Virus record (IMG/VR): IMGVR_UViG_3300005680_000102
Location: 47,974 to 67,973 of that record
Origin: an uncultured virus (IMG/VR IMGVR_UViG_3300005680_000102)
Taxonomy: Duplodnaviria > Heunggongvirae > Uroviricota > Caudoviricetes
DNA: 20,000 bases
Direction: 5' to 3' (one strand)
In this document: positions 9,489 to 16,859 of the stretch, in pieces
Layout: the number at the start of each line of letters is the position of its first letter
How positions within the stretch are numbered: position 1 is the first letter of the stretch
The notes under the pieces: model-generated
Told to the model about the DNA's origin: nothing
Databases searched by the model: none
The model's input: only the letters and a program-made list of their open reading frames with translations
Translations under genes and position numbers: made by a program

Positions 9489-9528
9489 GCCTGAATCTTT
9501 TCGCGAAGGTGTACCACTTTGAAAGTGG
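9486..9528 (-). promoter_or_regulatory. Conserved 35-bp upstream element, copy 1 (protease), with palindrome CCACTTT-G-AAAGTGG
   Basis: 9486-9520 matches 12484-12518 at 28/35 positions without gaps, and both end at the ATG. The inverted repeat spans 9514-9528. Confidence 0.7.
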
Positions 9529-9552
9529 CGACGAAAAGATTTTCCAGAATTC

Positions 9553-10512
9553 TCATCGCCGCCTTCGATAGAACCGTTCCGGTCGCATCCAGCGTTGAAT
9601 GCCGGGCGGCGCGTCGCGACCTTTCAGGATGGCCGGCAATCTGTCCAGAGTTGGTTTGTCGTTGTCGTCTTTGCCGGCAACGATATTGCCGTTTTGGTCG
9701 CGATACTCCTTGTAGCAATCGCAAATCGGGTGAGCCGGCGGCCCGCTTTGAAACGGCAAGGGCAGTTCGCTCAGCTTCCGGCCCAGTAACGGCGTGCAAA
9801 TCGGACACGGATCGATCGCCGCGCCAGCGTGGCCTGGCGGCCGATGTTCATCGTGACCCCAGTAGGCCGTGAGCGTTATCGCCTCTTTCGGCTCGCCAGA
9901 TTCGCCGTCGCCTTTGCCGTCCTTGCCTTTGTCGCCTTCGTCCTTGCCGTCGTCTTTCGGCCCTTCCTTCTTCCGCTCAGCCTCCTTTTCCTTCGCCTTT
10001 TCCGCCTGCCGATTCACGTCGTCAGCGGCGGCGGTTTCTCCTTCCGTGACCGCGGTTCGCGTCTCCGTCTTCGCCACCGTCTCGGCGCGCGTCTCAGACA
10101 GAACCTTTTCAATTTCATCACGAAATTCCCCCTTGGTCGTTTCTTCCGTCGTCTTGCCGACGGCATCTTCCACGCGGCGCCGGGTGTTTATCGTGAAATC
10201 GCGGGCCACGCGCGTCGCTTGGCGCACTCCCCATTTTTCGCTGCGACGTGCGAGACGATCTTCGTTGATTTCGAGACCGGCGAGCGCCGACAGATTGCCG
10301 TCGGCCAGCAGAAATAGCAGCACGATGACGGAGGCGATTTCGTCGCGCATCTCATCTTCATGCTCGTTCCAAAGCGATTCGGGGATCTTCGAAAAGTTGG
10401 GCGGCCAGCCGGCGACGGCGATGATTTCGCGCCGTTGACGGCCGGCGAGTTTTTTGAGCCGGGCCGCGAGCTCCGCTTCTGCGGCTTCTTTGGGGCCGGT
10501 TAGATGCGGCAT
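9553..10512 (-). CDS. Head morphogenesis protein (Mu gpF / SPP1 gp7-like, MuF)
   Basis: Motifs RAETVAKTET, CPICTPL.G and PPAHPICDC; located between portal and protease. Confidence 0.85.
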   Translation of the reverse strand: MPHLTGPKEAAEAELAARLKKLAGRQRREIIAVAGWPPNFSKIPESLWNEHEDEMRDEIASVIVLLFLLADGNLSALAGLEINEDRLARRSEKWGVRQATRVARDFTINTRRRVEDAVGKTTEETTKGEFRDEIEKVLSETRAETVAKTETRTAVTEGETAAADDVNRQAEKAKEKEAERKKEGPKDDGKDEGDKGKDGKGDGESGEPKEAITLTAYWGHDEHRPPGHAGAAIDPCPICTPLLGRKLSELPLPFQSGPPAHPICDCYKEYRDQNGNIVAGKDDNDKPTLDRLPAILKGRDAPPGIQRWMRPERFYRRRR

Positions 10513-10515
10513 GGC

Positions 10516-12486
10516 TTATGGGTATTCGTGGCCCAAGTCGTCGGCGTAGAGGAGGCGAGCGGCTACGGTGAAGCGTTCCTGTCGCGTGAGCGGTTCGGTG
10601 GATTCGGCGACGACTTCAGAATCTTCCACGGTTGTATCGCCCCGCTGTGTCGCATCATCGATCAGCTTAGCGGCCGTCGTCGCCCCAATGCCCAGCGCCC
10701 CCATTTCGACTGTCGCACGCTCAGCGGTAATCTGACCGGCCGCGACGTCAGCCAGTAGATCGTTGATCGCTTTGCGATTGTTCTTCCAAGCGAGGCGGCC
10801 CATTTGCGCCAACTCGCCGGATGGGCCGTCGCCATTCGTCCCGCCACCCGATGAACCTCCACTGGATGAACTGTCGCCGCTACCGCCGGCTCCGCAATGC
10901 TCACACTCACCCTCGTTCGCCAGCGGCGGCCGCCCTGTCTCCGCCCGCCATTCATCTTTCGTAATGACGCCGGCGGCAAACTCCGCCTGCTTCACCTGGA
11001 GGTCCGTCCCCTTATCCCGACTCGCCACTTCCGGCGCCGTAATCTCAATGTCCACCAACTGCTCCAGCATCGGCCACTCGACGCCAAACCGATCGAAGTA
11101 GCCGGCGTCGTGCGCGTTCCGCAAAACCTTCCAAACGATCCGAGCGAACCGCGATTTGTAAAACGCCTGGTCGGCCTCTCGCGACTTCACGAACGGCGCT
11201 TCAGCAACCAGCGTGCTGGCGAAGTTGGAATTGCTCGCGTCCCCGCTGATCATATATTCCGGCATCGACCAGCGAACGCCGGCATAGCGCAACAACGCCT
11301 GCTCCGTAATGATGAAATTCGGCGATGCCGTCGCGGCGCCCATCGGACCAGCGTGGTAAGTCTGGCCGTTCGAGACGTGCAAGACGCGCCCGCCTTTCAT
11401 GATTTGCTCATAGCGAGTCTTGCCACCGTTGGGCGTCTGCTCCGTGTATCGCCGCGTCGCAGCCGCCGCCGCCATCGTGCCGACTTGCTGTTGCGTTGTG
11501 CCGGCCGCATGTTCGACAATCCAGGCAATCGATGCCTGGATGCTCGCCCCTTCGCCCGTGTTTTCCAGCACCTTTTGAGCGAGGTTCAGGATCCGTTGAA
11601 CCGGATAATAATCGCTCACCCCACGCTTCATGTTCCGTCGTACATTCCGCTTGATGTGCTCAACTTCGCGGGCCGGCAGATAGTCCCAATCGTTACCGGC
11701 GCCGTCGCGAACGACGTGATAGCCGAGCGGCGTGGCCGTATCGTCGGCTCGCGTGTGAATGCCGAATGACCATGACGAGACGAATCGCTCGTCGCATCGC
11801 AGCCACGATTCGAGCTCGCGTTTGTTCGCCGGTTCGGTGATCTGCGCCGCCTCAATCGTGGCGACTTTGGTTCGCCAGCCAAGATGCGGGCGAAGGTGGA
11901 GGAACGTCTCGCCGTCTTCGCGCGAGCGTTCGTGAATTTCTCGCTCCAAGTCGCCGACGAAATCGTTGTCGTCCAGGAAGGTATCGACGCACTTTTGAAC
12001 CGCTTCGATGAGGCCCGCGGGAGTCTCTTGACCGCCAGCCACGCTGGGCCCGTCAGCCGCCTTGGCCTTGTAGGTGAAGCCCGTGCCGATCGTGTAGTTC
12101 GTCAATGACTCCTGGATGTTCACGCCGGCCGGAAACGCGCTGCACAGCAACTGGCCGACGGCGCGAATCACCGCGACATCATATTCGGTTTCGTAAATCG
12201 GCCGATTTTTGCCGTCGGCTCGATCGTCGATGATCGAATAGACGCTGCCCCGCGAAACCCATCCTGGCGAGTCATAGAGAAACTCGCGTCGATCGACGAT
12301 ATCGCCGTGGGACTCGCGGAGAAGAGAACCGCCAGGATCGGAGCCGACGTGGCGGGCCGATTGCTCCAGGGCTTCGACGATGCGGCCAAGCTGGAAAACT
12401 TCAGCTTGTAGCGTCAGGCGTTCGTGCTGCTCGCGCAAGGCGACGAGTTCGCTGGCGGGATCGGCGGTGGCAAGGTGGGCGACCAT
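10516..12486 (-). CDS. Portal protein with C-terminal extension
   Basis: Motifs DGETF, V.HIKRN...RGVSDY, G...PEYMISGDASNSNFAS and GVITKDEWRAETG; follows terL. ATG 12486 is preferred over TTG 12522 because of the conserved upstream element. Confidence 0.9.
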   Translation of the reverse strand: MVAHLATADPASELVALREQHERLTLQAEVFQLGRIVEALEQSARHVGSDPGGSLLRESHGDIVDRREFLYDSPGWVSRGSVYSIIDDRADGKNRPIYETEYDVAVIRAVGQLLCSAFPAGVNIQESLTNYTIGTGFTYKAKAADGPSVAGGQETPAGLIEAVQKCVDTFLDDNDFVGDLEREIHERSREDGETFLHLRPHLGWRTKVATIEAAQITEPANKRELESWLRCDERFVSSWSFGIHTRADDTATPLGYHVVRDGAGNDWDYLPAREVEHIKRNVRRNMKRGVSDYYPVQRILNLAQKVLENTGEGASIQASIAWIVEHAAGTTQQQVGTMAAAAATRRYTEQTPNGGKTRYEQIMKGGRVLHVSNGQTYHAGPMGAATASPNFIITEQALLRYAGVRWSMPEYMISGDASNSNFASTLVAEAPFVKSREADQAFYKSRFARIVWKVLRNAHDAGYFDRFGVEWPMLEQLVDIEITAPEVASRDKGTDLQVKQAEFAAGVITKDEWRAETGRPPLANEGECEHCGAGGSGDSSSSGGSSGGGTNGDGPSGELAQMGRLAWKNNRKAINDLLADVAAGQITAERATVEMGALGIGATTAAKLIDDATQRGDTTVEDSEVVAESTEPLTRQERFTVAARLLYADDLGHEYP

Positions 12487-12518
12487 GCTATAATCGTTTT
12501 GCGACGGCGTACCACTTT
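12484..12518 (-). promoter_or_regulatory. Conserved 35-bp upstream element, copy 2 (portal)
   Basis: AAAGTGGTACGCCGTCGCAAAACGATTATAGCATG versus AAAGTGGTACACCTTCGCGAAAAGATTCAGGCATG at the protease gene. Confidence 0.7.
12486..12494 (+). promoter_or_regulatory. Extended -10 sigma70-type promoter TGcTATAAT
   Basis: Perfect TGnTATAAT match in GC-rich DNA, 33 nt before the ATG of the plus-strand ORF at 12528. Confidence 0.7.
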
Positions 12519-12527
12519 TCAAGCCGA

Positions 12528-12791
12528 ATGAAAACGATGATCATCACGCTGGACCATAAAGAGCGATTCTGCTTGAACTGCAAAAAGCAGATTGACCACT
12601 GCGAACGAACGGATCGTGGCCTCGTCGATGTCTGCCCGGACGGCCACAAGCACGATCCTTTTCTGTCGCTGACACTTCTTGACGTGGACGAAAAGGCTTG
12701 GCGAGAAAAGCCGAGGAAGGCGGGCGAAAAAGCCGGCAAAAAATTCTGGCGAAATTATTGGAATCGCGTCATTGAGAGCCTGTCTGATTAA
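12528..12791 (+). CDS. Antisense moron-like gene, small Zn-ribbon-like protein
   Basis: 87 aa with CLNC...CPDGH and a K/W-rich C-terminal helix. It fills the gap between the HTH and portal genes, has its own promoter and is visibly more AT-rich. Confidence 0.7.
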   Translation: MKTMIITLDHKERFCLNCKKQIDHCERTDRGLVDVCPDGHKHDPFLSLTLLDVDEKAWREKPRKAGEKAGKKFWRNYWNRVIESLSD

Positions 12792-12994
12792 GCTTCCGCG
12801 AGCGTACCACTTTCGCCGTTTTTTTGGGCGATACTTTCGCGCAATTGCTGAAGCGCTCCACGGCAATATTTTTGAACCGTCGTCGGCGAAACTTGCTCCG
12901 CTTTCGCGACTTGCCGGCGCGATACGCCAACCTCGCTCATGCGCTCGATTCGCTTTTTCGCCGATTCGTCCAGTGGCTTTCCAGGTGTTGCCAT
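12788..12994 (-). CDS. Small helix-turn-helix DNA-binding protein
   Basis: 68 aa from MATPGKPL with a GGAGG RBS. HTH pattern GVSRRQVAKAEQVSPTTVQKY. Confidence 0.8.
   Translation of the reverse strand: MATPGKPLDESAKKRIERMSEVGVSRRQVAKAEQVSPTTVQKYCRGALQQLRESIAQKNGESGTLAEA
12802..12813. repeat. 12-bp direct repeat GCGTACCACTTT (second copy at 12507-12518; 10-bp core also at 9511-9520)
   Basis: Exact match read from the sequence. Confidence 0.85.
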
Positions 12995-13026
12995 TGCTCG
13001 CCTCCATCCCCTTCGTCGTTCTCGCC

Positions 13027-14319
13027 TTACACCGCCTCCATCCGCCAATGCGCATCCTGCGATTCGCCGGAATGAATTCGTCTGGCCAGCGACACGGCCA
13101 TTTCCAGCGCGTCGGGGCCGTCGTCGTGCTTCGCTTTCGGGAACTCTTGAAGCTGAGCGACCAGTTTGCGGGCGCCGCGGCTGCTGCGCCGAAAGCGAAA
13201 TTCCTTGTGCATCACGTGGTGGGTCAGCGTCGATCGAATTCGAGCGTGCTTGTTCGTCGTGTGGTCGATATGCCACACGTTGAGCGGCCAACCGACGCGG
13301 CGAGCCTCGGCATCAATATGGATCCCTAGAAGTTCTTGAAACTGAACCGCCTCGATGCCGACGGCCACCGGATTGAACTCTCGGCTGATTTCGAGTGTTC
13401 GCTCCGTCAGCTTCCCGAGGTGCATCAGATCGATCTCGGCATCGACGTACATGACGCCCGATTGATGGAGAGACAGCTTGACGAACGCTGAGTCGTCGGC
13501 CTTGTCTGTCTTGCCCTTGGAGGGATCGAGAGCCAGAACGTGGAACTGAAACTCTTCGGGCCGCGGCCAGCGATCATCATCGACCCAGAGAAACGAGCCG
13601 AAGCATTCGCCAGGAAACTCGGCGCCGGCCAGGTCGGTGAACTGGGCTTCGTATTCCTGCTGGTACAATTGCGGCGTCGTGTCTTGTTCGGCGCTCCGCA
13701 ATTCCGCCTCGCTCATCAACGGGTTGTCGCGGGACGATCGTTGCCACGCTTCCCACTGGCCCGTCATGTCGGCGCCGGCCGATTCAAAGAGATCGAAAAA
13801 CCAGTTGCGGCCGTTCGGCGTGCTGATGAACGTCGCCCAGCCCTCCTTATCCGCGATCGTTGCCCGTAGCGATTTTTGCCAGGCCTGCGCGGCAACGAGC
13901 GCCGCCTCATCGATCACCAGCCCATCCAGACCGACGCCGACGAGCTTCTCTGGATCGCTAGCGCTCTTGAGCGTAATCATGCCGCCGCCGATCAATTCGA
14001 CGCGGTGCGATTGCTGGTTCGGTTTTCGAGTTGTGACGCCCTTCACCGCTTTCACCAGGTCAGGCCAGATCACTTCTTCCAGGGTTGGATAATCGGGAGC
14101 CACCCACCAAATCTTCGCGCCGTCGATCGCCCCGCGACGGTGGCCGCGATGCGAGCCGTGGCCGCGCAGCACCATCTGCAGCGCCGCCGCCGTCTTGCCC
14201 CATCGCCGGCCGCACACGACGACCTTAAAGCGGGCCGGCGAGACCAGGATCGGTATCTGGTGCGCAAGCGGCTTCGGCAGGCGAATCGTTGGTCTGGTTG
14301 GTGTTGCTCGCAGTGTCAT
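13027..14319 (-). CDS. terL: Terminase large subunit
   Basis: Walker A GRRWGKT, Walker B LVIDEAA, ISTPNG, QEYEAQF, nuclease motif LALDPS...DDSA and HDDGPDAL. Confidence 0.95.
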   Translation of the reverse strand: MTLRATPTRPTIRLPKPLAHQIPILVSPARFKVVVCGRRWGKTAAALQMVLRGHGSHRGHRRGAIDGAKIWWVAPDYPTLEEVIWPDLVKAVKGVTTRKPNQQSHRVELIGGGMITLKSASDPEKLVGVGLDGLVIDEAALVAAQAWQKSLRATIADKEGWATFISTPNGRNWFFDLFESAGADMTGQWEAWQRSSRDNPLMSEAELRSAEQDTTPQLYQQEYEAQFTDLAGAEFPGECFGSFLWVDDDRWPRPEEFQFHVLALDPSKGKTDKADDSAFVKLSLHQSGVMYVDAEIDLMHLGKLTERTLEISREFNPVAVGIEAVQFQELLGIHIDAEARRVGWPLNVWHIDHTTNKHARIRSTLTHHVMHKEFRFRRSSRGARKLVAQLQEFPKAKHDDGPDALEMAVSLARRIHSGESQDAHWRMEAV

Positions 14320-14923
14320 TCGACAAACTGTGGGAGGCGACGCCGACTTTCACTTGAACGCCGAGATTGACGCCCGCGTTTTGTAATCGCTCGGCGTTGT
14401 CGTACCAGTTGGAATCTTCGACGATCTGAATTGATCCGCCTTCGTAGTTGATCTGTTCTTTCGGCGCGTTCAGCCCGAGCAGGTCGCATCGCTTTGCGAC
14501 GCACTTCAAAGCGACCTCCAGGAAGCGAGCATCGCCAGCTTGCCCTTCCCGTGTTGTCGTTCTCTCGATCGCCGGGATTTTGGCCGCCTCTTTGTCTTTC
14601 GGATCGACCTCGACGGCCTTCGTCGTGACGCGCACGGCGTCTTCGCAGCTTCGCTCCCATCCTTCCCAGGCCCGAGCCTCGATAATCGCCAGTCGCTCCA
14701 ATTCATCGCGAACGTACTGCTCGACGTTAGCGAGTTCGGTCTCTTGCCAATTGCGAAGCGATGCCTGTATGAGCTTCGAAATCGACGGTTGCGATAGACC
14801 AACTTGTTTGCCGATCTCCTTTTGCGTAACGCCTTCGAGGTAGAGCTTGACGACCTTGGGACGCAGTTTGGCAGAGCGGATTTTCTGCTGATTGCGGTGG
14901 CCGCGTTTCTTCGGGGCTGTCAT
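14225..14923 (-). CDS. terS: Terminase small subunit
   Basis: N-terminal HTH (TQKEIGKQVGLSQPSISKLI), helical core and RCDLLGLNAP; immediately upstream of terL. Confidence 0.8.
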   Translation of the reverse strand: MTAPKKRGHRNQQKIRSAKLRPKVVKLYLEGVTQKEIGKQVGLSQPSISKLIQASLRNWQETELANVEQYVRDELERLAIIEARAWEGWERSCEDAVRVTTKAVEVDPKDKEAAKIPAIERTTTREGQAGDARFLEVALKCVAKRCDLLGLNAPKEQINYEGGSIQIVEDSNWYDNAERLQNAGVNLGVQVKVGVASHSLSNDTASNTNQTNDSPAEAACAPDTDPGLAGPL

Positions 14924-14933
14924 CCTCGATCTC

Positions 14934-15164
14934 TTACCTTTGCCTCTCTAACAGCCGATCGATCTTCGCATCGATCGTATCGAGCCGCTCCTTCACGCCA
15001 TCGACGCGCTCTTCGGTTCGCCCAATGCGTGACTCGTGATCGATGAGCGTGCGACCAACCCACGTGCCGATGGCTCCGGCGACGGTCATCGACAACACGC
15101 CGACGCTCGCCCAAAGCCATTTCGGGATCTTGATCGTCTCTCCGTTGAGTAACGTCGCGCTCAT
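14934..15164 (-). CDS. Small single-TM plus coiled-coil protein (holin / XhlA-like architecture)
   Basis: TM segment WLWASVGVLSMTVAGAIGTWV followed by RLDTIDAKIDRLLER. Confidence 0.55.
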   Translation of the reverse strand: MSATLLNGETIKIPKWLWASVGVLSMTVAGAIGTWVGRTLIDHESRIGRTEERVDGVKERLDTIDAKIDRLLERQR

Positions 15165-15445
15165 GCCGCCCCTTTCGTTCGCTCCCTGATTTCGATCTTC
15201 ACTCCAGGCTGCCCGTCGATCTCTGCCGGATCGATGGCCGCCTCGTCGTCGTCAGTCTCATCGAGCTCGTCGTCGCCGATCACCGCCAAGCCGCCCGATC
15301 GCTTGAGCAGCGCCAGGGCGATGGCCCTCCAGTCGAGGGCCTCGGCGATCGCCATGTCGCAGGCGCCGGACATATCCCCGGCGCGAAGCTTCGGTTCGCC
15401 GGCGGCGCGGAGTCGAGCGGCGAGTCCTGGATCTTCCGTGCTCAT
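15161..15445 (-). CDS. Hypothetical acidic protein
   Basis: Start MSTEDPG at 15445 is coupled to the upstream stop (TGATG), and the stop overlaps the downstream start (ATGA). Confidence 0.65.
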   Translation of the reverse strand: MSTEDPGLAARLRAAGEPKLRAGDMSGACDMAIAEALDWRAIALALLKRSGGLAVIGDDELDETDDDEAAIDPAEIDGQPGVKIEIRERTKGAA

Positions 15446-16014
15446 CACCGATCCTTCGTCGCTCGCGGTGGCTTGTACGGAACTCCATGCCCATGCTCGA
15501 TGAGCCACTTCGCTAAATCGATCTCGCGGCCGTCGGCAGTCGAAATCATCACGTCGGCGAGCAAGCGGCCGAAGTTATCTTTGCCTCGCGGCGTGAGCCA
15601 AATGACATACCCTTCGTCGCCCTTCAGCAGATCTTCAACGGCCTCTTTCGCCGCCGGCCCGCGAGGTTTGTCGCGAAGCTCCCAAGCGTCAACGCCGTGG
15701 AGGCGAATGCGTTGGTTCACCAAATACACCGTCAGCGGGCGCACGTCGCTTTCGACGCCCCATAGCAGTTGCTCGCCCTCTACGGCGATCATCGTGACCG
15801 TTCCGCTCAACGTGTCGGCGTCGATCACCTTAACGCCGCCGAGGAGCGCCACGGCCTTGCCGTCTGGTTCTCTCTCGGCGGGCGCCGCGGCTGACTTTGG
15901 CGCAATCGGCTTTGGCGGTGCAGCGGATTGTCCGACAACCGCCAGCACGGCGACCCAGCCGAGAATGTAGGCCGACAGGACGGCGATCACGATCTTATCG
16001 GAGAGATGTTTCAT
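15445..16014 (-). CDS. Thermonuclease (SNase family) with N-terminal TM or signal segment
   Basis: Motifs VIDADTL, IRLHGVDAWE, DNFGRLLADV and LAKWLIEHGHG; hydrophobic N-terminus. Confidence 0.9.
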   Translation of the reverse strand: MKHLSDKIVIAVLSAYILGWVAVLAVVGQSAAPPKPIAPKSAAAPAEREPDGKAVALLGGVKVIDADTLSGTVTMIAVEGEQLLWGVESDVRPLTVYLVNQRIRLHGVDAWELRDKPRGPAAKEAVEDLLKGDEGYVIWLTPRGKDNFGRLLADVMISTADGREIDLAKWLIEHGHGVPYKPPRATKDR

Positions 16015-16229
16015 GCGACCAACTTCTCCAATCGTTTCATCAGCGGTTCATGTTTCGCGTCCAACCAGCCGGTGAACCAATGCACTCGCGAATCGCCCGA
16101 ACCGATCGGAAACGGATTGACGTCGATCTCGCGTCCGTCTTGAAACGCTCGCCGGCCTTGAAAGTAGGCTTTCGACAGCTTTCGCTCCGTCGGCAGATTG
16201 CGCGGGTTGTCGCGGGCGGTTGCCGTCAT
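16011..16229 (-). CDS. Rmf/CrpP-like small protein
   Basis: The AYFQGRRAF..G....NPF........WFTGW pattern resembles the ribosome modulation factor fold. ATGA overlaps on both sides. Confidence 0.7.
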   Translation of the reverse strand: MTATARDNPRNLPTERKLSKAYFQGRRAFQDGREIDVNPFPIGSGDSRVHWFTGWLDAKHEPLMKRLEKLVA

Positions 16230-16600
16230 GGCCTTACTCCCAATTCACGTCTCAGTTCTTTCGGCCACTCATCGCGGTCGACAAGTTCGGGGTCGAATTG
16301 CGTCCAAGTCTCGCGAAACGATGCCGCGCTTACGCTGCGCATCACTTAGTTCTCCATCCATGTCGCTCGCCACTCGCCGCGATCGCGATGCGGCCACTGC
16401 GCCGGCCGCTTGAGCATTCGCCAGGCGCAGACGTTGTAGCGGCACTGCGAATCGCACCAGTCGTAAAAGATGACCTGATCGAAAACGAGACGGCCCTCTT
16501 CGTCGTAGAAGTGGTTCACCTCCACGAGATCGCAGCGGTCGCGCACGATGGGCGTGTGCGGTAGGAGTGCGATGACGACGGATAGGAGGGCGGTGAGCAT
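16226..16600 (-). pseudogene. Secreted hypothetical protein interrupted by an in-frame TAA at 16346-16348
   Basis: The same frame continues after the TAA (VMRSVSAASFRETWTQFDPELVDRDEWPKELRRELGVRP*) to a TGA that overlaps the next ATG. Confidence 0.7.
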
Positions 16601-16801
16601 TTAGCAGCCAGGATTGAGCTTCGCGCGAACGGCCGCGTCTTTGGCTTCGAGAAGCTTTCGCAGCGCCACGGTTCGCTCTGGCCCTGCGTCAGTCGTCGCG
16701 ACGATTCGCTCAGCAAGTTCGCCGAACGGCTTTGACGCCTCTTGCAAATGCGGCGGCAAGTGCGCCCACGCGAACCACTTCAACATTCGTTCTTCGTTCA
16801 T
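16601..16801 (-). CDS. Small helical-hairpin phage protein, candidate Acb2/Tad1-like signal sponge
   Basis: 66 aa with a GGAG RBS. Sequence pattern F...HLPPHLQ.ASKPF.ELA...GPERTVALRKLLEAKDAAVRA. The CDS is secure; the function is inferred. Confidence 0.5.
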   Translation of the reverse strand: MNEERMLKWFAWAHLPPHLQEASKPFGELAERIVATTDAGPERTVALRKLLEAKDAAVRAKLNPGC

Positions 16802-16859
16802 ACGATGCTCCGCTGCTCCGTTGAGCCTTCTTTAGTTAGAGAATCTGTAACACGATCAA

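Noticed and set aside
9553..9720. Possible MuF polymorphic toxin C-terminal domain
   Set aside because: The extension after PPAHPICDC is only about 50 aa with no toxin motif, and no immunity gene follows.
45..12108. Many long plus-strand ORFs (e.g. 5237..6181, 8160..9344, 10897..11769)
   Set aside because: They are antisense shadows of well-supported minus-strand phage genes in GC-rich DNA and have no recognisable motifs.
12519..13291. Long minus-strand ORFs 12519..13055 and 12788..13291 as listed in the track
   Set aside because: Both overlap terL out of frame. The GGAGG-preceded ATG at 12994 gives a clean HTH gene, and the promoter evidence favours the plus-strand ORF in the gap.
14225..14319. 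95-nt terS/terL overlap as a frameshift fusion
   Set aside because: Overlaps between terminase genes are common, the terS tail is low-complexity and no slippery site is evident.
16346..16348. Stop-codon reassignment or suppression by the tRNA-like elements
   Set aside because: TAA, TAG and TGA all terminate other genes normally, and neither element has a suppressor anticodon.
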